Shown in pieces: positions 1 through 8,922 of a DNA stretch of 64,000 bases. The notes below the pieces were generated by a model. It made no database searches. It saw only the letters and a program-made list of their open reading frames with translations, and was not told the DNA's origin. Position 1 is the stretch's first letter; each line of letters starts with the position of its first letter. Origin of the DNA: an uncultured Collinsella sp. (GTDB taxonomy: Bacteria; Actinomycetota; Coriobacteriia; Coriobacteriales; Coriobacteriaceae); assembly GCA_959602875.1 (NCBI GenBank), contig CAUGVQ010000001.1, positions 2,378 through 66,377 on the forward strand, read 5' to 3'. Both the position numbers and the translations under genes were made by a program.

Positions 1-13
1 CAAGACAAAGCCT

Positions 14-664
14 GTGAACTCTCTCGACGCAGCGGGGGTCTCTCAGTTGAATGAGGCGCTGCGGGGGTTCGGTTCGTCGCCGCTCGCCGTGGGCGTCCGC
101 ATCGCCCTTTCCACGGGCATGAGACAGGCGGAGATATGTGCGCTCAGATGGAGCGACGTCAATCTCGATGAAAAGACGATACGTGTTCGGCAATCCCTCT
201 CGCGGGAAGCCGGTCGCTACGTGCTCAGCGAACCCAAGACCGCAAGTTCTCTGCGCAGCGTTCCGTTTGGTGAAAACCTCGCCGCCGTTCTTTATGCTCG
301 TCAAGAGTCGATGCGAAGCGATAGGGAGGAGTTCGGCCTGGGCTGGGACGACGCGCTCTACGTTATCGGTTCTGCGATAAAAGGCACGTGGTACAGCCCG
401 CAGGTTCTCGGCCACGAGTGGCGCGCGTTTGCCCGTGCGGCGGGCCTCGTCGGCACACAGGGGGTTCCGCCCCGTTTCCATGACCTGAGGCATACCTTCG
501 CAACCTTGGCCATCTCATCGGCGTCGGGCAATCTCGACGTCAAGACCGTCAGCGCGATTCTTGGGCACAGCAACGCCGCCATGACCCTGAACGTCTACGC
601 CGACGCCCTTGAGGGCGCCAAGCGCGCCGGGATGGATGTCATGGATGGGTTCATGTCCGCTTAG
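14..664 (+). CDS. Tyrosine recombinase/integrase, C-terminal catalytic part (frame open to the window edge, probably 5'-truncated)
   Basis: TGMRQAE, FHDLRHTFAT, ILGHS and NVYA catalytic R-H-R-H-Y motifs. Confidence 0.92.
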   Translation: MNSLDAAGVSQLNEALRGFGSSPLAVGVRIALSTGMRQAEICALRWSDVNLDEKTIRVRQSLSREAGRYVLSEPKTASSLRSVPFGENLAAVLYARQESMRSDREEFGLGWDDALYVIGSAIKGTWYSPQVLGHEWRAFARAAGLVGTQGVPPRFHDLRHTFATLAISSASGNLDVKTVSAILGHSNAAMTLNVYADALEGAKRAGMDVMDGFMSA

Positions 665-809
665 CCTCCACGAATCCGCAGGTAGATGGCTTATTGTAAG
701 GCTCTTTAAGGCGGGCGAGCGCTCTTGTGCGCATGGTTGCCCCGATGGGATCGCAGAAAGCCTTCTAGGGCGTTATGGCGAGCCGTCTACCAGCGGAAAT
801 ATAGATTCG

Positions 810-1772
810 CTAGGAATCGGACATGCTGTCGTCCATCGCTCGCGCGCACTCTTGGACGAGCCATCTCCCGGCGATGCCGAGTCCGCGCTGTATGCCCGAG
901 AGGCTGTAGCCGCGCCCAAGCTTGCGGCCGCTAATCGATGCCTTTCCGTTTTTCCCGCTTCGCATGTAAGTTGGCCTGTACTCGAACACCACGTCCCTTG
1001 TTTTGAGCGAGCTATCGTTGCTCAGGCGCATGTGGACGCCCCTCTTCTCAAGGGCGGCGTTGAGCGCCCTCATCTTGTTGGGCTCGCTTCCCCTTGAGAC
1101 GGTTTGGACGCTTTCGCGGACGACACGACGCACGTGATCTAGGTCGGTCTCGAAGGTCGGGAAGCTGGCAAGGCCCGCTTCCCGCGCTCGTTTCTCGCCC
1201 CGCGACTGTTGGCGGGCGTGGCGGGCGCTGTTGCGCGCCCCGCGCTCCATCTGCGAGAGCCCCCAGCGCTCGTCCATCTCGCGCATGCGGGAGGCGTGAA
1301 GGGCCTTCTGCCGCGACGCCCTGCCCTCATCGAGCCGTCTCCCCGTGCCGTCGAGCAGGGTCCTATTGATGGCAAGATGCACCGCGAATCTGTCCGTGCC
1401 GTCTTCGGCGCAGCGCTCGCGGTGAATCGCCCAGCATGCCTCGCTGGTCGGGTAATACCGCTCCACCCATTCGCGCGCGAACGCCATGCAGTCGTCCGGC
1501 GACAGCCTTCCACCGTTGACGTCGCACTCGTCGGGGTTGAAGGCGATTATCTGATGGTACATGTACGTACACTTCGCCCCGGCTTTTCCGGGCTTGTTGT
1601 GGCCGTAGGCTTCTCTGGTGCGATCGAGCTCCCTCTCCCAGTTTGCGGGGTCGTTGAGGTGCTGCGAATCCATGCCCAGCACCTCATGGCGCTCGTTCGA
1701 GCGATCGAGGTACCCGCGCAGGCTCTTAAGGTGCGCCCTGCTCGTAACCGCAACCTGCTTGATGATCGTCAT
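810..1772 (-). CDS. Relaxase/mobilisation nuclease domain protein
   Basis: N-terminal GYL (catalytic Tyr), YHQIIAFNPDE and AIH...AVHLAINR HUH-like motifs; ATG at 1772 overlaps the stop of the upstream ORF (ATGA). Confidence 0.75.
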   Translation of the reverse strand: MTIIKQVAVTSRAHLKSLRGYLDRSNERHEVLGMDSQHLNDPANWERELDRTREAYGHNKPGKAGAKCTYMYHQIIAFNPDECDVNGGRLSPDDCMAFAREWVERYYPTSEACWAIHRERCAEDGTDRFAVHLAINRTLLDGTGRRLDEGRASRQKALHASRMREMDERWGLSQMERGARNSARHARQQSRGEKRAREAGLASFPTFETDLDHVRRVVRESVQTVSRGSEPNKMRALNAALEKRGVHMRLSNDSSLKTRDVVFEYRPTYMRSGKNGKASISGRKLGRGYSLSGIQRGLGIAGRWLVQECARAMDDSMSDS

Positions 1773-2104
1773 CCGTCCCACGCTTCCCATTCGTCGCGTT
1801 CGATGGCTTCCTTAGCGTTTCGCTCGATGGCGTCGGCGGATGAGCTGAAATCCGGGCACCATGGTTCTGGCGCGGCGGGGAGGCGCTTTGCATTCAGCTT
1901 GGCGCGCGAGTAGTACTCCGAGCACTTCCTTCGGTTGTGCGCGGGGTTCCCGAGGCCGAAGAACGGTCCGGCGGGAGTGTCCCCCGCATAGGCGAGGGGG
2001 AACTCGAACACCCCCTCCCGGCCGGGATTCGAGTTCTCGCCACCCTTTATGGCGATGAGGCCGTCTCGTATCGCGACGCGGTTTTGCCATTCCCATTCGT
2101 TCAC
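1769..2104 (-). CDS. Hypothetical protein translationally coupled to the relaxase (possible relaxosome accessory)
   Basis: 111-aa ORF with ATGA overlap with the relaxase start. Confidence 0.5.
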   Translation of the reverse strand: MNEWEWQNRVAIRDGLIAIKGGENSNPGREGVFEFPLAYAGDTPAGPFFGLGNPAHNRRKCSEYYSRAKLNAKRLPAAPEPWCPDFSSSADAIERNAKEAIERDEWEAWDG

Positions 2105-2413
2105 GATCCTCTTGGGCCTATCTGGGCCCGTTAGCCATCGTGGGGGCTGATGCCAGCCGCTTGGGCGGTTATGGATTGACCGTTCTTATGCGTTCTTACA
2201 CGAGTTGCATGGAAGTAGGCCAGAAGCGGGATAAGACTCGCGATGAGGCCTCGCTCGTGCCATCGAAGCTGGCGTTTTGGGTGGAACGGGACCCCAGTAG
2301 TGAATGGGCGGCCAAAATTGGGCCATGGGTGTCTGGGGGACGTTCGGGCGAGTAAGCACCATGGTGCCAAATCCAGGCGAAGCATGTCTTCGCCCCAATG
2401 CGAGGGAGGGGCC

Positions 2414-3781
2414 ATGGATACAGAGTCCACAAACTACCAGTGTCCGTCATGTGGCGGAGCGCTCAGGTATTCCGCGACAGAAGGGCGGCTTCTGTGCGAG
2501 TATTGCGACTCGAGCTTCACGGTTTCGGAGGTCGAGGCCATCTACGCCGCGCGTCTCGATCGGACGGGCGCTCGAGACGCGAAGGCATGCCCCCGGACCG
2601 ACCCGCCCTCCGATGCCATTGCTGCTGGCACGACTCATGCCGTCGGGGCGGATGACGTCACATGTTCCCTCGCTCACGACGACACGGCGCACATGAGGGC
2701 CTATACCTGCTCCTCATGTGCTGCAGAGCTCGTGTGCGATGTCACGACCGCCATCACGGAGTGCCCGTACTGCGGAAATCAGGCAGTCATTCCGGGCGTC
2801 CTCGTGGATGAGTTCAAGCCTGATCTTGTCATTCCCTTCAAACTGGATAAGGCTGCTGCCATCGCGGCGCTCTCCGCCTACTACAAAGGGAAGAAGTTCC
2901 TGCCCAGAGCATTCGCCTCGAACAATCGCATCGAAAAGATTCAAGGTGTCTACGTGCCGTTTTGGCTCTATGACGCTGAGGTCGTCGCGTCTGCTAAGTT
3001 CGAGGCAACCCGCACTCGAACATATCGAACGGAAGACGAGGAGGTGACGGAAACCGACCATTATGACGTATATCGTGCAGGGTCGATGTCGTTCAGCCGC
3101 GTACCGGTCGACGGGTCTTCCAAGATGCCCGACGCCCATATGGACGCGATTGAGCCTTTTGACTATGACGGGCTCGTGCCGTTCTCCATGGCGTATCTCC
3201 CTGGGTTTGCCGCCGACCGTTTCGACTTGGGCCAGGAGGAGTGTCGTGGGCGAGCAGAGCGACGCATCGCCTCGACTATGGAGGAGGTTCTTCGGGACAC
3301 CGTGACGGGATACGATTCGGTGTGCACGGAAAGCTGCGATGCGGAGGCATCTTGGCAGGACCCGGAATACGCCTTGATGCCGGTGTGGATGCTGAGCACC
3401 ACGTGGAACGGCAAGGGGTTCCTTTTTGCCATGAACGGTCAGACCGGTAGGCTCATCGGCGACCTTCCGATTGCTGCGGGTAAGGTCATCGCATGGTTTG
3501 CGGGCATTTTCGTCGTAACATTCTCCGTGATGGCAACTGCAACCTCGGGGCTCGGTTTGTTTTCGGATGACAGGACGATGAGGCTTGCCGCTCAGTTTGG
3601 ACTCCCAGCGCTCGTGGCATTCTTGATCTGCCTCATGTTCTATTCCGAGATGAAGACCGCCAAAGAGGCGGCTCAGGCAAATGCGTTCATGAGGCGCGAG
3701 ACGTTTGACCTGACGGCCAAGTCTGACGTGTTCACGTCCACAAGCGTGACGAGGCGCAAGGTCGAAAGGTCTGACAAGTAA
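2414..3781 (+). CDS. Double Zn-ribbon membrane protein (YdjG / primosomal protein N'-like annotation family)
   Basis: CPSCGG..CEYCD and CSSCAA..CPYCG ribbons, FKPDLVIPF, GVYVPFWLYD, FAMNGQTG, two C-terminal TM helices; GGAGG RBS before ATG 2414. Confidence 0.8.
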   Translation: MDTESTNYQCPSCGGALRYSATEGRLLCEYCDSSFTVSEVEAIYAARLDRTGARDAKACPRTDPPSDAIAAGTTHAVGADDVTCSLAHDDTAHMRAYTCSSCAAELVCDVTTAITECPYCGNQAVIPGVLVDEFKPDLVIPFKLDKAAAIAALSAYYKGKKFLPRAFASNNRIEKIQGVYVPFWLYDAEVVASAKFEATRTRTYRTEDEEVTETDHYDVYRAGSMSFSRVPVDGSSKMPDAHMDAIEPFDYDGLVPFSMAYLPGFAADRFDLGQEECRGRAERRIASTMEEVLRDTVTGYDSVCTESCDAEASWQDPEYALMPVWMLSTTWNGKGFLFAMNGQTGRLIGDLPIAAGKVIAWFAGIFVVTFSVMATATSGLGLFSDDRTMRLAAQFGLPALVAFLICLMFYSEMKTAKEAAQANAFMRRETFDLTAKSDVFTSTSVTRRKVERSDK

Positions 3782-3881
3782 GGGAGCGGCGTTTCGAAAG
3801 GTCCCAGAATGCGGCCGTCCCGCCACCGGAGGAGTTGGTGAGCGGGGCGGCCAAGAGCTAACGTAGTCGTTGATGAAAGCC

Positions 3882-3919
3882 AGGCTCCCTCCCGGATGAC
3901 GCTTGGCGGGGAGGGAGCC
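3882..3919. terminator. GC-rich hairpin between convergent genes (probable bidirectional terminator)
   Basis: AGGCTCCCTCCCG / CGGGAGGGAGCCT 13-bp stem. Confidence 0.6.
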
Positions 3920-3969
3920 TTGACCTATGTCGGTCTCAAGGGCGTGCGCAAGCGGTCGCTTGCCAGCTG

Positions 3970-4809
3970 CTATGCGGCGAATGGGTACGTGGCGATGGTC
4001 TCGTAGGTGCTTGCGTCATAGACCTCAAGCTCGCCCTCAACAGAGACGAGGGATGCGAGGTCGGGAACGTCGCTCTTACCGAACCACATGAAGGTCTCGA
4101 CGTTGCAGCCGGGCTTGATGGTCTCGCTCAGCACCGGCTCGACCATGGTGCCGTTGACGGAGAAGGTGCCCCACAAGGCGTCTACAGAGATGCTGGATGC
4201 GGAGTTGTTGGTAATCCTCAGGGTGTAGCCGGAGTCGCCCGCCCAGTCGGTCTTCTTGTTGACGATCTCGATGGTGCATGTGTCATCGTTTACAATCTGC
4301 TGGTTGACCTCCTCGACGACTTCCTCGTCGTCACCCCAGGAGCTCCCGGCGTCCTCTCCTTCCTCGGATTCCGCAAGCCAATCGAGAGCACTCGCGGCTT
4401 CTTCCTTGAGCTTGGCAGCGTCTTCGTCGCTGAGCTTCTTGAAGGACATCACCTCGCCGTCTACGTCGAGACTGAGAAGGTCGTTCTCCAGAGTGGCGGT
4501 GGCAGTCTCGCCCTCGAAGGTGATGTCGCACTCGCTCGCGCTCTTCGCCTCCCACGTGCCCTCGAGAGGCTCTCCCATGAGATTGAGCTCTGCCTTGCCC
4601 TCATCCTGCAGGTCAACATAGCAATAGATGCCGAACCCCTTCATGAGCTCGATGTCTTCTGCGGCGAGATCCGGGGCTTCGACCAAGTCCCAGGTGCCTA
4701 GGAATGCCTTCGTCGGGTCCCCGCTCCCGCCATTTCCGTTGCAGCCCACCAAGGCGAGGCAGATCGCTAGCACGGTAGCAAACGCCAAGACAAACCGATT
4801 TCTCTTCAT
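3970..4809 (-). CDS. Acidic two-domain lipoprotein of unknown function
   Basis: Signal peptide with LVGC lipobox; lipocalin-like GTWDL start; AAGGAGG RBS. Confidence 0.75.
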   Translation of the reverse strand: MKRNRFVLAFATVLAICLALVGCNGNGGSGDPTKAFLGTWDLVEAPDLAAEDIELMKGFGIYCYVDLQDEGKAELNLMGEPLEGTWEAKSASECDITFEGETATATLENDLLSLDVDGEVMSFKKLSDEDAAKLKEEAASALDWLAESEEGEDAGSSWGDDEEVVEEVNQQIVNDDTCTIEIVNKKTDWAGDSGYTLRITNNSASSISVDALWGTFSVNGTMVEPVLSETIKPGCNVETFMWFGKSDVPDLASLVSVEGELEVYDASTYETIATYPFAA

Positions 4810-4837
4810 GATGCCCTCCTTTGTTCGGACGCTATGC

Positions 4838-6130
4838 TCAGGAGCGCGGCCTTCCGCACTCCATGCAGAACTTTCCGGTGTTGATGGCTCCGCAGTCGCA
4901 GGTCCAGCTGTCCCTCTCCGGTCTGGGCGAACCGCACTGAGGGCAGAAGCGGCCTGTGTTTACGGATCCGCAGCTACAGGTCCAGGAGTCTGCGGGTCTT
5001 GGCTTGGATGAGCCGCACTCCCTGCAGAACTTGCCGGTGTTTACCGTGCCGCAGCTGCAGGTCCAAGAGTCTTCGGGGGCAGATGGGGCGGAAGGGGCGG
5101 GAGGCGTCGGCTGCTGCTGGGAGGCCATCTGGAACAGGTTGCCCGCGCCCATTCCCCCGGCCATGCCGGCAAGGCCCATCCCCATGAACCCCGCCATCGC
5201 GCCTTCCTCGTTCGAGGCGGCGGCACGCATGGCGTCGGACTGCGCGGCGGCAAGGTTCGCTGCCGCCATTGTGGGGTCGCGCATGACCGCAGCCTTCTGA
5301 AGCTCCTTGATCATCGCCTCGTCCTCAGGCGATGCCGAGATGGTATTTACCCCGAAGGCCGCCACCTGAATGCCGCGAGTCTCCGCCCAGCTGCCGCTCA
5401 GCACCTCGTTGAGGGCGCGCGCAAGCTCCATGGTGTGACCGGGGACGGCGCTGTACCTGATGCCCATCTCCGAGATCTTCGCAAAGGCCGGCTGGAGGGC
5501 GGTCAGAAGCTCGCTCTTGAGCTGCGAGTCAATCTGGTCGCGGGTGTAGGTATCCTGAACGTTGCCGCAAACGTTCTTGTAGAACAGGAGCGGGTCGGTG
5601 AGGCGGTAGGAGTATTCGCCGTTGCAGCGTACCGCGATGTCTACATCCAGGCCGATGTTCCTGTCTACCACGCGAAAGGGGACCGGGGATGCGGTGCCGT
5701 ACTTGTTTCCGACTATCTCCTTGGTGTTGAAGAAATAGATGCGCTGGTCGCGACCAGTGTCTCCGCCAAAGGTGAAGCGTCGTCCCAGCGTCTCGAACGA
5801 GCGCCTGATGCTGTCCCCGAGATTTCCGACAAAGACGCTCGGTTCGCTGGAGTTCTCGAAGACGAACTCGCCCGGCTCGGCGCAGACCTCGACCACGGCG
5901 CCCTGTTCGACAATGATCATGCACTGCCCTTCGTTGACAGCGATGATCGAACCGTCGGAAATGACGTTGTCCTCGCCCCTGGTGTTTGAGCTGCGCCCAT
6001 GAGCAGAGGTTCGCTTCTGGCCCTTGGCGGCGAGGGTGTTGGCGTCCAGCGACTCGCAGTAGAAGAACTCTCGCCATTGATCCGCGAGCACGCCGCCTAC
6101 GGCTCCTGTGCCAGCTTTGAGAAGTCCCAT
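4838..6130 (-). CDS. SPFH/Band-7 domain protein with C-terminal Zn ribbons (YdjI / 'virion core protein'-like)
   Basis: LADQWREFFY, AVNEGQCMIIVEQG, KYGTASPVPFR; three WTCxCG..N.GKFCxxCG repeats. Confidence 0.85.
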   Translation of the reverse strand: MGLLKAGTGAVGGVLADQWREFFYCESLDANTLAAKGQKRTSAHGRSSNTRGEDNVISDGSIIAVNEGQCMIIVEQGAVVEVCAEPGEFVFENSSEPSVFVGNLGDSIRRSFETLGRRFTFGGDTGRDQRIYFFNTKEIVGNKYGTASPVPFRVVDRNIGLDVDIAVRCNGEYSYRLTDPLLFYKNVCGNVQDTYTRDQIDSQLKSELLTALQPAFAKISEMGIRYSAVPGHTMELARALNEVLSGSWAETRGIQVAAFGVNTISASPEDEAMIKELQKAAVMRDPTMAAANLAAAQSDAMRAAASNEEGAMAGFMGMGLAGMAGGMGAGNLFQMASQQQPTPPAPSAPSAPEDSWTCSCGTVNTGKFCRECGSSKPRPADSWTCSCGSVNTGRFCPQCGSPRPERDSWTCDCGAINTGKFCMECGRPRS

Positions 6131-6179
6131 TGCTGCCTCCTATGACGGTGATTGCATGACATGCGGCCAGCTTCGATCG

Positions 6180-6923
6180 CTACTGCGCTGAGCCCATAGC
6201 GCCCCCGCAGTACTCGCAGCGACCGTTGGCGTCGGGGAAGGTTGTGGCGCCGCAGAAGGGGCAGGTGCGGGCAGCCTTAGGTGCGGAGGCGGCGATCGCC
6301 TCGTCGCGGATGGCGTCGCGGGCACCCACGAGCGCGTCGCGAATCTCCTCGGCGAGGTGCACGGCCTCGCGGTAGTCGGGCGATCCCTGGGTCTCGATGC
6401 GTGAGGCGTTCGTCTTCACGGAGATCTCATCGAAATACGGTGAGTTGACCTGGATAATCGTAAACACGTCGTAGTCGATGTCATAGCGCGGGGGATCGTA
6501 GCTCACTGTGGTCCCGTCCTCGAGCTCGCGCTCGATTTCGGTGCGCGTCTCTCGAACGTCGACGATGCATCCCGTGACTTGGTGGAAATCGATGATGTCC
6601 GGATTGGCCTCGCGCCAGCTGGCCCCTCCCGATGTGATGGCGAACGCGCGCGCGTCGTCATCAATGAGCACACGCGTCCGTAGCCCGAGCGTGCGCGTGG
6701 GAGTGAAGGCGGAGACGCGAGCCTTGTTCTCCTCGCGATAGGCGAGCTGCTCTCTGATGTCCTGCACAGTGGAGCTTCGGCGCTCGCTGAAGAAGGGGGA
6801 GAGCTCCCCCGCGCAGTCCTTGCAGAGATAGCCGTCCTCCAGCTTGCGCTTTCCCAGCAGTCCGAGCTCCTTGCCGCAGATGTCGCACGACTTCTTCTCG
6901 AAGAGGCTTCCAAAGAGACCCAT
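6180..6923 (-). CDS. DUF4428-like Zn-finger protein
   Basis: CDICGKELGLLGKRKLEDGYLCKDC N-terminus; C-terminal CPFCGA..CEYCGG. Confidence 0.75.
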   Translation of the reverse strand: MGLFGSLFEKKSCDICGKELGLLGKRKLEDGYLCKDCAGELSPFFSERRSSTVQDIREQLAYREENKARVSAFTPTRTLGLRTRVLIDDDARAFAITSGGASWREANPDIIDFHQVTGCIVDVRETRTEIERELEDGTTVSYDPPRYDIDYDVFTIIQVNSPYFDEISVKTNASRIETQGSPDYREAVHLAEEIRDALVGARDAIRDEAIAASAPKAARTCPFCGATTFPDANGRCEYCGGAMGSAQ

Positions 6924-7130
6924 GGCAATCCCTTCTCTTAGGGCGCCGCCGATGCGCTGGCGCTCCGGCTCGTTGCCTTTATGGCAGTGGCTTGACGATA
7001 GGGCGCTTCATGTCTCCGGACCATGCCCCAAGGTCCTAGAGTGGGGGGATATTGCGCACCCGATGTCCCATGTTGGGGGGATGGCGTCGCGTACAATGGA
7101 TTTGGGTCGAGCCAGGCGGGGGGTGCCGCG

Positions 7131-8921
7131 ATGTCAAGGGTTGCGTCGTTGATTCGAAAGGCTGCCGCGCGCGTGCGAGCTGTTGATGAGCGACAGGTCA
7201 TCGTCGCCTGCGCCTGCTGTGCCCTGGCGGTTGTCGCGCTGTTGCTCATGTCGGAGGGGCTTCTCAATCATGAGGTATGGCGTTCGGCCAATCGGGATGC
7301 ATTCTATCCTTCCGGGCACTACAACACGACGCCTCACATGGCGGCGACGGTCGCCTTTCTGTCGGTGTGGGGGCCGTTCTCCTGTTGGCGGTGCTTCGAC
7401 TTGCGGGTGCGCAGATACATGGCGGGATGCTTTATTCTGTTCGCCGGCTGGATGCTCATTGTTATCGTCAAGTATGCCGTGCTCTGGGATCCTGCCGTCG
7501 AGCTCCTGTGGTACAGCTTTTATGTCCCGCTTCTCTTTGTCCCCATGCTTTGCGTGTTCACTGCCCTTCGGGCGGCTGGGGTGGATGAGCGACCGTCCGT
7601 CGTGAGGTGCAGGAGGCTGCTCATCGCAGCCAACGCCCTTCTTTTGGCGTTGGTGTTTACCAATGGGCTGCACCATGCGGTCTTTTCCTTTGATGCCGCC
7701 GACCCCGACTGGTCTGAGAATTACGAGTATGCGCCAGTGTACTATGCGGTATACGCAATGGCCGTCGGTCAGTTCGTAGCGTTCTTCTCTCTTTTGTTTG
7801 CAAACGCATGCCGTCAGCTCAGGGGCGCGATCGTAACCGTCTCGCTCATCTGCGCGCTGGCGGTCGTGTACGGCCTGGCCTATGTATTTCGCGTTCCGTT
7901 CTTCTTCTCGGGCAACTTCTCCCTCAGCTATACGTGGTTCGTATGCGTGGCAATAGAGCTGTGCTTCGACTTCGGCCTTATTCCCGCCTTTGCTTACTAT
8001 GGGCGCCTGTTTCAGACCCTCCCCATGGATGTGAAGGTGTTTTCCCGCTCATCCGAGGGGGGAGACGCCCCCATCTTATCAACGTTTCGGGCGGGTCCCG
8101 TCACTTCTCAAGGGCGTGCCTGCGTCAAGGCGTGCGCGGCGGGGCCCGTGCGCCTCATCTCTGACGTCACTCCCGACGTCGTGTATCACGCCCAGAGGGT
8201 CTCGGGCGGCATCACGCTGGTCACCGAGGACATCTCGGCCATCTCCTCGCGTCGACGCGTGCTCGAGCAACGGCACGCGGCCCTTCGCTCAAGCTGTGCG
8301 CTGCTCGAGCAGGAGCGCCTGATGCGCGAGCGCCTCCGCAGGCAGGAGAGCGAAAGGGCGCTCTACGACGAGGTCGACCAGTCCATCTCCGAGGCGCTTG
8401 GGAAGGCCCGGGAGCTCATGTGCCAGGTTGAGGGCCTGCCGGGTGACGAGGCGGTCTTCAAGCTGACGATTGCCAAGATGCTCATCTCGTATTGCAAGCG
8501 CAAGGGCGGCATCGTGCTCGCGCGTCGAAGCGACTGCGACTTCGAGCGCGAGAAGCTCCAACTCATCGTGGGTGAGCTCGTTACCGACCTCCAGACCGCG
8601 GGGGTGAGCTGCGGAGCGCTCGTCGAGACCGGCGAGATGATCCCGGTCGATGCCGTGAGCGTGCTGTACGACTGCCTGTACGACTTCTCGATCGCGTCGC
8701 TGTACTGCGTGGACCCCGTTCTCATGATGTACTTCTCCGACTACAGCGACGGCGCGATAGAGATGCGGCTCGCGCTCTCCACGGGGGAGCTTCGCAACCT
8801 CGCCGAATCCGAGGAGATGCAGGAGCTGCGCGCGTTGCTCGATGGGAGGGACGTGGCCTATCGCCTCACGGGGGAAGAGGGGTCGCTTGTGCTCGTTGTG
8901 GTCGTGAGGAAGGAGAGGTAG
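7131..8921 (+). CDS. Multi-TM sensor protein with a degenerate kinase-like C-terminus
   Basis: About 8 TM segments (HisKA_7TM-like), coiled coil, ALYDEVD in place of an H-box, no N/G-box motifs. Confidence 0.7.
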   Translation: MSRVASLIRKAAARVRAVDERQVIVACACCALAVVALLLMSEGLLNHEVWRSANRDAFYPSGHYNTTPHMAATVAFLSVWGPFSCWRCFDLRVRRYMAGCFILFAGWMLIVIVKYAVLWDPAVELLWYSFYVPLLFVPMLCVFTALRAAGVDERPSVVRCRRLLIAANALLLALVFTNGLHHAVFSFDAADPDWSENYEYAPVYYAVYAMAVGQFVAFFSLLFANACRQLRGAIVTVSLICALAVVYGLAYVFRVPFFFSGNFSLSYTWFVCVAIELCFDFGLIPAFAYYGRLFQTLPMDVKVFSRSSEGGDAPILSTFRAGPVTSQGRACVKACAAGPVRLISDVTPDVVYHAQRVSGGITLVTEDISAISSRRRVLEQRHAALRSSCALLEQERLMRERLRRQESERALYDEVDQSISEALGKARELMCQVEGLPGDEAVFKLTIAKMLISYCKRKGGIVLARRSDCDFEREKLQLIVGELVTDLQTAGVSCGALVETGEMIPVDAVSVLYDCLYDFSIASLYCVDPVLMMYFSDYSDGAIEMRLALSTGELRNLAESEEMQELRALLDGRDVAYRLTGEEGSLVLVVVVRKER

Positions 8922-8922
8922 C

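Noticed and set aside
1975..2010. GTGTCCCCCGCATAGGCGAGGGGGAAC resembles a lone CRISPR repeat
   Set aside because: Single copy inside a probable ORF; no array.
4850..5075. Nucleotide repeats at the 3' end of the SPFH gene as a diversity-generating or phase-variable tract
   Set aside because: They simply encode three Zn-ribbon repeats; no reverse transcriptase or template repeat is present.
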